Origin: Iphione sp. A-MEVVRFRX5
Taxonomy: Eukaryota
Length of the DNA stretch: 64,000 bases
Reading direction: 5' to 3'
Assembly (NCBI GenBank): GCA_976226885.1
Contig: OZ320315.1
Span: 84,196,001-84,260,000 of the forward strand
Shown here: one piece after another, positions 52,230-64,000 of the stretch
Position numbering within the stretch: position 1 is the first letter of the stretch
How the letters are laid out: every line of letters begins with the position of its first letter
Translations under genes and position numbers: made by a program
The notes under the pieces: model-generated
What the model saw: only the letters and a program-made list of their open reading frames with translations
Databases searched by the model: none
Told to the model about the DNA's origin: nothing

Positions 52230-53906
52230 TATAGAAGAGCGCGGAGCTACGTCACAACTCGGGGCAGTCAAGCGGAACCACTGAAAACCCTCACAGTGAT
52301 ACCCACATGTACACATACATATGGTGCTTTAACTACAGATATGTGTATAGTTGTGTGTATAGATGTGTGGTTGTATGTGTGCATGGATGTGTGTAGGTAT
52401 ATGTGTCTATAAATATGCATGTAGTTGTGTGTATAGATGTGTGTATTTGTGTGTAGGTACATGTGTCTATAGAAATATGTGTGTATAGATGTGTGTATGG
52501 ATGTGTAGGTGTCTATAGATATGTGCAGTTGTGTGTATAGATGTATGTATGGATGTGTCTAGGTGTGTGTGTCTATAGACATATATGTAGTTGTGTGTAT
52601 AGATGTGTTTATGGATGTGTGTAGGTGTATGTGTACATAGGGATGTATGTAGTTGTGTGTATAGAAGTGTGTATGGATGTGTCTATGTGTCTAAGGACAT
52701 GTATGTAGTTGTGTGTATGGATGTGTGTAGGTGTATGTCTGTGCTGCCTGCAGATATGTGTGTAGCTCTGTTTATGGATGTGTGTATGTGTATGTGTATA
52801 CAGGCATGTATGTAGTTGTGTGTATAGAAGTGTGTATGGATGTGTCTATGTGTATGTGTCTAAGGACATGTATGTAGTTGTGTGTATGGATGTGTCTATA
52901 AATGTGTGTAGCTGTGTGTACAGATGTGTGTAGGTGTATGTGTCTGTATACATGTATGTAGTTATATGTTTAGATGTGCATATGGATGTGTGTAGGTGTA
53001 GGTGTCTATAGAAATATGTGTGCAGTTGGGTGTATAGATGTGTGTATGGATGTGTAGGTGTAGGTGTCTATACATATGTACAGTTGGGTGTATAGATGTG
53101 TGTATGGATGTGTAGGTGTAGGTGTCTATACATATGTACAGTAGTGTGTATAGATGTGTGTATAGATGTGTGTATGGATGTGTAGGTATAGGTGTCTATA
53201 CATATGTACAGTTGTGTGTATAGATGTGTGTATGGATGTGTAAGTGTATGTGTCTATAGATACGTGCAGTTCTGTGTACAGATGTGTGTATGGATGTGTG
53301 TAGGTGTATGTGTCTATAGATATGTGCATTTGTGTGTATAGATGTGTGTATGGATGTGTAGGTGTATGTGTCCATAGATATGTGTAGTTCTGTGTATAGA
53401 TGTGTGCAGGTGTATGTGTGTCTGTAGACATGTCTGATAGATGTGTACAGAGATGTGTGTATGAATGTGTGTAGGTATCTCTTGGTGTTTGTGTGAATTT
53501 ATATATGTATCTATATGTGAATGTGTAATGGCATGTATGTGCATGCTAATATGAGCATGTAGAGATGTCAATATGTTTTTTATAGGGAGTGTGTGGACTT
53601 CTGTTTATATAAATGTGAGTGTATGTGTGTATCAGCATATACATGTATTTTCTATATGAAGATCTGTGAATATGTACAAAGGTGTAGATATGTGTGTATG
53701 CATTAGTAGATATGTGTATGGATGTGTAAAGGTGTATGTGCTTTGATGTATGTATACATATGTATAGGTGAGTGTGTGTGTGTGTGTCTTTCTTTCTCTC
53801 CTCTCTCTCTCCCCTCCCTCTATGTGTTAGCACTACTTCACACCTTTGTTTTCAGTGGTTACGCCTGAGTGCCCCCGAAGTCCCCGGCTGTCCGCGCTCT
53901 TCTATA
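52230..53906. mobile_element. Putative non-autonomous DNA element (MITE/foldback-like) with 58-bp imperfect terminal inverted repeats and an internal minisatellite; possible TA target duplication
   Basis: Left arm 52230-52287 TATAGAAGAGCGCGGA-N15-GGGGCAGTCAAGCGGAACCACTGAAAA. Reverse complement of right arm 53849-53906 is TATAGAAGAGCGCGGA-N15-GGGGCACTCAGGCGTAACCACTGAAAA. Identity is 16/16 and 24/27 in the two blocks. No transposase inside. Confidence 0.55.
52320..53790. repeat. Degenerate TG-rich minisatellite, unit about 52-60 bp
   Basis: Repeated unit such as TATAGATGTGTGTATGGATGTGTAGGTGTAGGTGTCTATACATATGTACAGTTGGGTG (58 bp, near-exact adjacent copies around 53030-53150). Ends in (TG)n followed by a TC-rich tract. 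Confidence 0.9.
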
Positions 53907-56900
53907 CGCAGCCTGGCCCCCGGGATGATGGGGGGGGGGTCCTCCCGAGTCAGCGATAGCAAGTGGCTGGTGGTGGGGCAGAGTCGCCACGGAACCCATA
54001 CAAAAACAGCACAAAAAGGGACTACGTTGGCCCGACTGAGCGCAAAGGGACAGCGCGAGTACATTTCGGAAAAGAAAAAAGAGACAATCTCATTTTGCAG
54101 CATGTCCCTTTCTCGGAAGCCACTTTTGATATACTACTTGGTCCACAGTATGCCACGTGACGCTTGTATGGTAATTGGGATAAGTGGCCAAAAAAGAGCA
54201 GCCTCATACAAAACATTTTCTGTATATACATGTATTCGGACAAAACTTCACGTCAGCGACAATGTCTGTTCATTTAAACCTCCATAACCACATATTAGGT
54301 GTGGCATTGAAAATGCTGAAATTACCCAATACTCAAAGAATACTTGAGTACATATGTACTGAATCTGGATGTTGCTAAAAGAAACCTTATATACATACAC
54401 ACACATATATATATATATGGACTGACAATATGAGCAATATTCAAGCTAAGGATATTGGTAAATAGCTCAGACCGGTAAATACCAGTTGTTTTGTGCAATA
54501 TTGAACGGTTAAGCCCATAACCATATTAGGAAGACTAATTGACTGCCCTATTTGATGGTACTTTTCATTCGCTCTACCTCCTCAGCGTCTTCCTTCCTTA
54601 GTCTTCTCCGCACGTTAGGCAGGCCATTTGGGGCCGCGTGGAGTTGTTTATACCGGTGAAGGGCCCCTTTCCTAGTTGCCCCCAACAAGCTTGCCCGCTA
54701 CTGGGCTTGAGGCAAGGCCCACTCTCAGGCATATTGTTATTCTCTCCACGCGTCCTCCCACGGAAGGCCACCGGAGGCCATGTAGAGGCGAATCCCCCTA
54801 TTGTCTGCTGATAAGATTCCACTGACAGCAATGATAAGCGACTAGCACATGACAACACCCTGCTCGCCGGAGGTAGAAAGGAAGAGGGCAGGGTTAGGGC
54901 GGGCGGAGGGGCGCTGATGAACCCACAGGGAGGCAGGGCAGCTCGGGCCACGCTGAAAGAGTCGGCCAGCAAAGCAGCTTAGAACCAACCAGCAGTACAC
55001 TAGGCAGCCACGGGTTGGGGGGGGGGGGTGACTGCCATGTCATTGACAGTAACACACCCAAGACAGACCAGCTCGTGAGAGACACTATGCTGGAGATCTG
55101 TCGAGCAGAGACACGAAAGGGTCTCCTTAAAAAGGCTCCGCGGCCAGGATTGAGGCAGAGGAGTGAGGGTGATGGATGAAGAGTCTTGTCATCAGAAATT
55201 CCCCAGAAGCAAGGGCTGGACCTGCGACCAGCAGATTGGGTTTGCACTTCTCGTAGGTAGATGGAACCGGCATCTTGATGAAGACATGAAGAATCTATTA
55301 TATTTGCCTATCAAATTATGCCAGTCCTCGGAGTGTTGTCATTTAGATATGCAAACACCGTAAAATACGATCAGCAGACGGATATTCATTTCTAATCCAC
55401 GATAGTACTTTTTTAGGACATACTAAAACCTAAAAATGTCTCCAACTGTTTAAATCCATATGTGAGTAATTTTGTCTGCACTGCCATAACCTTACATGTA
55501 TGTTCCATTGAGCCTCAGAAGGAAACAGTGCAGCATGATTCAGTATTCATCGCAATGGCAAAGCAATTATGCAACGAGGGGAAAGCTATTGTTTGAGCTA
55601 GAGGGGCTTTTTTCGAAGTGCCCCTTGCCAGCCCTTTACGATACTTTGTGTCCTGTAAATATGGCCTCGTAAAGCCAGAGGTAATTCCTTCTACAAGCTA
55701 TTCCTTCCTCTCGTTGTTCAATTGCTTAGCGTAGAATACATACATTTTTTAACTAAGAACCATTGTCAACAGCTGTATTTCAAATGCCTTACCCTGTTGA
55801 ATACCTCTTAATCAGTGGGCCAATGCCTTAGCCTTAATTTGTACGATAAACGATGCTGTCACTTCGAGGCATGCTCTAGAAACATCTTCCCCAAATCCAC
55901 CGCTTCCGGTTCCGCCAAATGCTCCCCATGTCGGTATGTTTTGAAATGATGGGCAAGCCATTGTTCTTTCGGACGGTTGTCATCCGTGAATTTTTTTTAA
56001 AAATTCATTGCCATGCTGGGTGATCCTATTGTCAGCTTAGTCAAGCATCTAATCAGCATCGATTTTTAGATTGTCGCATATTTCAGATTTAATGTGGCGT
56101 GCCGACGTCGACGCTCATCGCCATGATATATGGGGGAGCAATGGAAACGAGAAAACGCCTCGGACCACCACCCAGCTGCACGCCATGCATCCTCTGGCCC
56201 TAATAGTGACCAAAACTAAACAAGGGGGAACCAATAACGGGATGAAGACTTACCAAACGTCACCATCGGAGAGCGTCGTCACAAAGGACGCTCCGGAGGA
56301 GGTACTCCAGTCTAGGAAGCATTCTATTCTGGTCGGTAGTCAGGCAGGCGTACAAATAGGGTAAGAAATATTCCACTGGTGTTTTTTTGTTTTGCCCCGG
56401 TGCACAATATGCGTATTCATGGGCAATACGAGACAAAGAGTTAATATTTCTTCTGTACACGCCAGTTGGTTTGGTCAGGCCGAGAAAGACGAGACATTTA
56501 ATGAGCAGGCACCAGAGCCTGGCCACAGAAGCAGACGATATTGAGTTGCTTTGTTTGTTCTGGACATAATATCACCCAGGCTACTCTCCTTCACGTCTGC
56601 CAAGTCTGCAGGAAATTTAGGCAATTTTAACGTTCGTCCATCTCCGTGCATTTCATGAGATTTCAATATTCTATGCGTGGCGCCTGCCAGGGAATGAAGT
56701 TGACAATAAATGAAAACGTCAGATACCAAATCGAAAGAAATCTGAAAGATGAAGTGTACTACACGGTTGTTGAGTCAAGTCGTATCCACGACTTCTACTT
56801 CTTGATTTTTGAGCAGAAACTTTCCTGACAAATTGACAGCTGCTCAGTCACTGGCTCGCTACACAGGCAGTGATCTTTAATAACTAACGTATTAATGCAA

Positions 56901-59604
56901 CTTGAAAATTCACACATTCTTGTCGACTAAGAAGCCGGTAGACGTGCATGGCCTTCTCTACCAGTAAGACACACGAACCATCCAACCATCATTTACGTTA
57001 ACGAGATCTAATACTTCCAGTTGACAGGTAAATTGACAATGCATGCCCTCCCTTCAATGGACGAGGACAAAAATACAAGATCACATTATGGATGATTGCT
57101 ATCACGTCTTAGTAGGCCGAGAGGAAATCTGGAGTCTTTTTCGCCTACGAGTAAGGAGGAGTCTATGGTAAAATAATCGATAATTTCCATCAGCGGCTAA
57201 AGGATTCACTACGTTCCCAGTATGAGGGAGGGGGGGGTTATATTATGGTATGTAGACTTATGTCAACATGATGAGCTCACAGCTTATCACAGGTGTATGG
57301 ATAATGTGATAGTGCTTTGATGGATTGTGTGAGTTATCGATGAATATGATGGATTATCGCGGCCTAATTATGCACGCATGCTGTTTTCTCTCATAGATGA
57401 ATGCATAATATGATCATCACTACTCATTATAGACTGATCAATTACACTTGGCGACTGGCAGGGGGTGTAGACAGGGATCATACCAACATACCGTTCTTAA
57501 TTGCAGGAAGTCATCGCTCATCGATTCGGATTTAAACCTCAGGATTTCCCTCGAACGCCAATTTTAACTTCTATTTACTGCAGCAAAACCGACTCCTGCC
57601 TAAGATTGGGGAGTATCCTCCAGATTTGTCAACACGCTGGCCGTGACAGGTCTTGGGCGCAGAACTTAAAGTGCTCATATGGAGTGTTGTTTACCATGCG
57701 TTGACAATGGCTGTGCTATATGGTCCGGTGACCGCCAGTCGCGTGCGGGCTCCCACTGGGCCGCACACGCCAACCGAATGACCAGCACACAATGACGTGA
57801 TCCATCTTGCAGTCTGGTGGTCGCGGACACGGGCCGTGAGGGTCAATCAATCCCTGGACCACTGAGGTCGGAGCCGCCCGTTAAATGACCAGCTGTGGTG
57901 GGCCCTCCCCACACGCTCAAATCACAGCACGAGCAGGGACAGTCAGGCCCCTGGCGTATGCCGCAGAAGGATCGGCATGTGTGCGTGTGTGTATGTATGT
58001 TTGTCGGAAGATACATGTACGTTGTTCCACGTTCAACCAGACCAATCGACGGAGTGGTGATTGGCGTCAGTAGTATACGGAGAGGGAGGTGTTATTCAGG
58101 CGTGAACTCCTGAAACCCATGCCCATGATGCTGTGTGACAAAACTATATCCTATTTTAATCGTTCATTCTTACTCCAAAGGACGACGTGGGAAACATTTA
58201 AATCATGGAAGGACATGATGATATTTGATGAACTACAACCAACGATTGTTAAAACAATGTTCACAGTGGGAGGGATACAACCCGACCGTGAAGAAGAGGG
58301 GCAGACTGCGATGGAGTCCTCCATACGTGTGTAACGACCTTCCCTTATTGTCCCATAATCAGTTCCGGTGAAACCTCTGGCGGTTGCGACTACGACGCCC
58401 AAGGTTACTCTATATAAGGAAGGGGGATGGGGACAGTGATAAAGAAGCCGCATCCCTGCGATGATCCCTGCTGATAGCCGGTTCCAAGGGAGGAAGCCCC
58501 AGTAACGACGGTGCTGTCTCCCGGACCACCGGGTAGGGTGCCCGACGGGTGATAAATGCCCCGGGGGCCTGGCATGGGATATCCACGGGTCGTATGTAAT
58601 ATCATACACGCCCAGGGATCCTATTCTGGCTGGACAAGTCAGCTGTTTCGATCGCAGCCACCCGCCTTTCCGGCCCCATTCTCCATTTTTATCGGTCAAA
58701 CACTGCCACTGCCTCTCTATCGTTTCCTGACTTCTCTTCCTAACACATGTCTGTAATTTTTTCTTGCTGCCTTATAATAAAGTTATTTTCTGTCTGCCTG
58801 AAGTCCTGCTTGTTTGCCTGTGCATTTCCGTTTGTCTGCCTTTCGGTCTGTTAATTAATTTTGCAAAAGTCAAAAATACTGACATTTTGTTTGGTCTTGC
58901 TCTCCCTGTCTCTATGTGTCTGTGTGCCCATCTGTATGTTTGTCTGTCTCTCTCAAACACAGATACACGGCACAAATTAATTCTGACATAATTCTACGAG
59001 ACCTCACTTCAAGTAACCCTCTCCGCTTACCTCTCCAAGCGGTCATCTGGCCTGGCCGTTCTATATCCATTTTCTATTGAACATAAAACACGCTACCCTT
59101 TCGGAATACGTTTAAGTTTATTATCAGGAAGTTTTATTGTCCATATAACTTGATCATCAATATTGCAGCCCTCGCTATGGCATATTATGGATGTAAATGG
59201 ACCTCCGAAGTGCATTTTGTCGTAGCTGATTGCACCTTCGCATGGTTCATCAAGGGCAAAAAAAGAAGCGCCTCCTTACGGTCAGGAAGCAGACGTTGGT
59301 GAAGGACAAGGCTCCAAACCCAACTCCATTGGGCACTGATACACGGATACTCTGTGGTGGTATGCAGATGGTCATTCCCCCTCTTTATTTCTATGCACAT
59401 ATTTAGCCGACTCGAGTTGGTGAGGGCGGACTCTGAAAAAAAAAACTTATGCCGCCATTACTATTGTATGGTGCCGGTGGGCTCGGCCATTGCGCTGATT
59501 GCAGCCGGCTACGAGTGGCCTGTAAATCGTGCCCACTAAAGCCTGGGACGCTCGTAAACCCCTCTGGCGGTGACTGCAACGTGGACTGCCCCCACCGAAC
59601 TCAC

Positions 59605-59687
59605 CACGCAATCGGCCGACCCACAAAGCCTGCCAGTTCATTGGACATTCAGATATGCCACCTGCAGCCAGCGTGGGCTCCTTTATA
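59605..59687 (-). promoter_or_regulatory. TATA box + Inr-like start + ~52-nt first exon ending in a consensus donor
   Basis: TATAAAG at 59687-59681, GGCATA with the A at 59656 (31 nt downstream), donor TG|gtgagt after 59605, strong acceptor ttttttttttcag| at 59432. Confidence 0.45.
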
Positions 59688-62600
59688 CATCCAGTCGTCA
59701 GCAGCTGCGGCCTCGGCCAGTGGGTGAGTGAGTGAGTGGGAGCGTGGGTGTATAAGTCAGTGCGTGCGGGTGTGCGGACGTAACTATGCGTGCGTGCTTG
59801 TGTTTTGATGTTCCCCTCCGACGTAGTACTTTGTCCGCTAAAGGACTAGCGGGAGATAGGAAGGCCCGGCTTAGTGGTGAGCCACTCAGACCTACCTTCG
59901 TCCGGCTTCACTGTGTGAGCCGTCTGTACCGAAACATCTCAAATACATGGACCTCAGTCTCTACATCACCGCATAGGATACACATACACGCGCGAAGCTT
60001 TACGAATATTCCAATAACGCTATTTTTCCTTCTGGTATTTGGGGCACAATAGGCTTAAATTTCCAGATCAAATAACACGTTCCTGGAAGTGTGTAGTCAA
60101 TCTGCTTTGGTGGTACACATATTATTCTAAGTGATGATATTTTTTAGATGAAAAGTATTTTTCGTAAAGCTTTCAACGTATTGATTAACCTTTTCTTAAA
60201 TCCAAGTTGTCGGTACTTTTAGTAGTGCACTAAGCTAAACTAATTCAGGTATTTTACGCCAAAGTACATTAAATCTGGCATAGTTTCTTGGTAAGTGGCC
60301 ATTTACAAATACATGTAGTCTAAGGTGTTGTTTTGAATAGTGTCCTATTCAACTACACGTATTTAATTTTACTCTATTACATATATTTAATTCAGTCCTG
60401 TATTGTTGCAAATCGTGGTTTTCATGTGTGCTCAATAGGCTTTGGAACATGAAACCGGAAGTTTGCGTGGGGTCCATTAATTAATGTGTATTTGCTAACT
60501 TCCACATTTCTTTCTCGGCCTATGGAGCAAGTCCATTAAGTATTTCACATTTATATGAAAGACGCAATGCAACACGCAGTGAGTCTATACAATCTTTCGT
60601 AATAATATAATTCAGTAAAAACACCTGCTGAAATGGCTACGTTTATCTGGACCAACTGTCGAGCCGAAATAAAGGTAATCTAGGGAATAAAACCACATTA
60701 TGAATAGGAATGGTTTAAGTATCTTCAGGGATCTGATGGGTTCTAAAAGAGCACGACATACAGAAATGTATCAGTGAGATAAAACGAAAGGGATTTCATT
60801 TCCTTCCTTTCTATCCAATAATAAGATTTCCTCCCTTCAAGCACTTAGAAAACCATTTCCTTAATTGAACGGCAACATTCTGCACATCCTGTTCCCTTGA
60901 CTCCATCCCGGAAGGCCAGGTGCTTAGCATGCCTAGTTTCGAACTATAATCCTATCAATTAGCTTACCTTGAGCTGATGACTTCCAATTTGTAACAAAAC
61001 AAGATGGATTTGGGTCCCACATAGCTTATGAGCCTTACATTTGAGAAAGGAAATTAAAGAGTTTTGCAGATCTGTAATGATTGCCGGTGGGCGCATATTT
61101 TGGGAGCAGCGTTAAAAAGCCTCTGGAGACTGTGGCTTGAGGGGGATGGCTAACTTCATCATTCTGATCAGTCCTCCGACCGGCAGACTAGACTTTCATC
61201 AGGCTAAGTAACACCCTGCAGATATCTAGCGCCGGAGCTGCTACATTTAACTTTAATTTCCCGAGGGTGCTCCACCAAGCTCCCCCCAGTAACAGACTGC
61301 CTGAGAGGGTACAAGAACACTGTAACGGGTTTGCGGCGGCAGCTTGGTAGGAGGCGGCGGTGGTTGGCAGGGTCCTGGTTGCCTTACGGGCTGTGCACAA
61401 GCTTTGGTCCCGGACACCCGGGCCATTGTGACTCGCCCGGTCCTTACAAAACTAACAGTTTTCAATGGCATGCCTGCAGATTGGACAAATGAATTTGACT
61501 GTGAAAGAAATTGCTGCCCTTTTTTTAATCAGGTTTCCAGAGAGATTGATCGAAAAGCCTGACGTTCGCATCCGAACAAGCAATCACGATAGCAGGTAAG
61601 ACCGACGCTTTAAATGGCATAATGCACACCCAATAGGGATTGATTGGTCTGGTCAGCAAAACTATAACGCACATTTACTGACTAAAAATACGACGGACAA
61701 AGCAATAGGTTAGCACGACGTATTTTACGGGTCTGTCTTTATATGAGCCACATTCATTAGTCGTGAGGTCAGGAGGTCAACCACATTGAATTACATCCTA
61801 AGTAAGAACGCATTCATTGCGATACTTCAAGCTTTCAATATGATTGCGATACTTTTTCTTACCTTAAATGAATAATCTTACTGCAGGTGAAATAAAATCA
61901 TACTCTATTCGATCTATTCGAGGGCTCTCTTTGGGACAACCTATATGAGGGATGTACTCAACTACAAACATGAAGTGGCTCTCTCAGGTGGTGATTTCTA
62001 TCCGAAATCCATACCATTTACCCTGAATCCACACGAGCTCTGACGTTTGCCTGTGTGTCCCTCCAACCTCACATCCTACTATCATCTCATCACGCTCTGC
62101 TCAAACTGCTGCTTCCTCTGCCTCGCCCAAAGGCATGCCAGTCAGGATATTGAAGTCAAATAATCCATTGGCATTTCCCTCTTGCTCCTGGTTTGCCAGC
62201 CGGTAATGGCTGTTTGGTGCTAAGCCCATTTCTTCACTACTGCCCTCAACTGGTATCTGACCCTGGGATATTCGCTTTACGATGTTACCTGAACAAGGCG
62301 ATGTGAAGCGGGTTTTCCCTCTTCCTGTCTGTGGTTATCCTCCTGACAGATTGCTGTATTACACGAGTCCTTCCTACAGAAGGTGCAGAACACGTCCATA
62401 CAGTTCGGTCTTCCTCGATTCAAGGTGGACAGAGTATAGTGATGGGTGTTTATGTGGCTAGTCTCCCTTGCCTGCCTCCTATCAGCAGTATCTCCTCGTT
62501 ATGCGCATTTGCGGCGCAACGCCGACGCCCGAATGGCGGGTTTGTGTAGACGCCCTATGCATTACTGTACCCCATCACACTTTGGAGATACTGTAAGTAC

Positions 62601-64000
62601 CATTGCAACTCGCACTGAAACATATTTCATGACTGTTAGAAAATACTTTGAAGTGTCTTATTAAAACCACTTGTTTGGGATGAAAATCTTACTTGTATTA
62701 TTTGACGATAAAATTACCTTAAGGAAACGACCAATGTAAGTGAAATAAAATCAGAAGCAGCGCGCCAGAGAAGGTCATGATGTTCGTAATTAAGCTGGCT
62801 TATCTCTGGGCAAAAGTAAGCTTTATTATCGCCCAACTAATATCCTATCGCAAATGTCATTCGGCGTAAAACGTCTCTAGTGGATTCCGATGCTACTAGA
62901 GAGCGTTTATTGGTCGGGGGCTTTTTTTGCCTCGGTGGTGCCGTTAATTACAGCGTCTATTCCAGATATGCACAACTTTTGATTGGCTTTGTTTGCCGCA
63001 CCATGACCTCTGACTAAACGGGAAAAAAACGCTACATGCTCTCTGGTACCTCCTGCAAAACGCTGCTCGGTGTTATCAGTAGAGGAAACACGTAGTTTTC
63101 GCTCATATAAGGTCAGGTTATGAGTTAAGATGAAAGATCATTGGTGGAAAAGTGAACAATCACTATCATTAAACGCATTTCAAGACGTCCTTTCAGAAAA
63201 CGCGACTACAGGTTTTACTGATAAAGGCGACCTACGAAAAACTGACAACAAATGACTGGGACTGTGATGCGTCCTCTTCCTCGTCTCTTCCTTTCAATGT
63301 TTTGTGTATTTCTTAGTGAAGTCATACGCATTTTTTTTCGAACAACTCCCGTGAAAGCCTGATTGGGGACCCTTTAACATAGTGAGGTCTGTATAACAGC
63401 ATGCGATCATTATGTGAAGGTAGACCCCTTACACAGACAGAAACTCACAACGGACCTACGAACAGCTCGGTTCTCTGTGCTTGATTGACGTTTGATGATC
63501 GATTTATACATGTACATGTGCATCTACACGTAATGTGCTCGATTGAAAATGTCGTTCATGCATCAAGGCCGTCGATACATAAATCTTGAGATAAGAATGG
63601 TGGAACCATCCATCTATTAAAGATAACAATAATGGAATAACACATGTGCGAGGGGCAGGTGTTGCTGAGAGCCAAATTCAGACGAATTTGCATTCCATCT
63701 ATGAGAGATCGTGACAGAACGAGGGTTTTCATACCGGCACTGGGGAAGATTAGGCGACGGAAAACACCTGTGCCATCAGAATGAATTGTGTCTCGGTCAG
63801 CTATTGAACAGCACGGAGACAGGTAGCCGACACGTTGTCGCCGGGTGCTATCAACAATGCCAGGCCGATTAACTGTGTCCAGTGTCGGCTCAATAAATAA
63901 TACAAGTTATCTGTGAGTCGTCCTCAACCGCATGTACAGGCAACGGTGACAATAACATCGTCAGCCGGGGGATGCACTAGGAAAGTAGGTCCTTATTCAG

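Noticed and set aside
52292-52319. RSS heptamer CACAGTG just inside the left inverted repeat (RAG/ProtoRAG/Transib idea)
   Set aside because: No proper ACAAAAACC nonamer at 12 or 23 nt, no partner at the right arm, and the element ends start with TAG rather than CAC.
52268-53833. ORFs rich in H/T/Y/I or C/V/M over the TG array; superficially CRISPR-like periodicity
   Set aside because: Translations of a minisatellite. There are no unique spacers between constant repeats and the context is eukaryotic.
58151-58699. 182-aa minus-strand ORF with DITYD reminiscent of PDZRN DITFEH
   Set aside because: Similarity is limited to three residues, the flanking TQT/IMAL motifs are absent, and no fitting splice sites were found.

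Overview
Eukaryotic (animal) genomic DNA. Large introns, GT-AG splicing and strong enrichment of the palindrome TACATGTA make it look most like an invertebrate deuterostome such as amphioxus (Branchiostoma); this assignment is inference. The window lies inside one minus-strand gene of the PDZRN3/PDZRN4/PDZD4 (LNX3/4/5) family. I could assemble four consecutive phase-0 coding exons by hand: 49275-49177, 41638-41576, 31202-31101 and 9611-9504. They encode EVTLTRKCPSDKIGLTLCYGSAVADITDVFVSE|IEPNGVAGRSGRIHEGDQILQ|INGVDVHSREQAIRLFAENRTDLTLLLSRPQLVQ|MDDGFMDEHNILDELPMEMLEQHACTSTFSQNLLTQ, a complete PDZ domain plus the acidic segment that follows it. The three introns are 7.5, 10.4 and 21.5 kb. I did not find the upstream RING/first-PDZ exons or the large terminal exon, which probably lie outside the window. 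Almost all ORFs in the supplied track are spurious intronic frames. Most notable: (i) several candidate internal promoters and alternative first exons that splice in phase 0 into the middle of the PDZ domain, the best encoding an MGTVLSC myristoylation/palmitoylation-type N-terminus; (ii) a 1.68-kb element bounded by bipartite 58-bp inverted repeats enclosing a ~58-bp TG-rich minisatellite; (iii) an isolated hammerhead-ribozyme catalytic core; (iv) closely spaced inverted CTCF-like motif pairs and a perfect 15-bp hairpin. No prokaryotic features, rRNA, convincing tRNA, CRISPR array or intact transposase/RT were seen.
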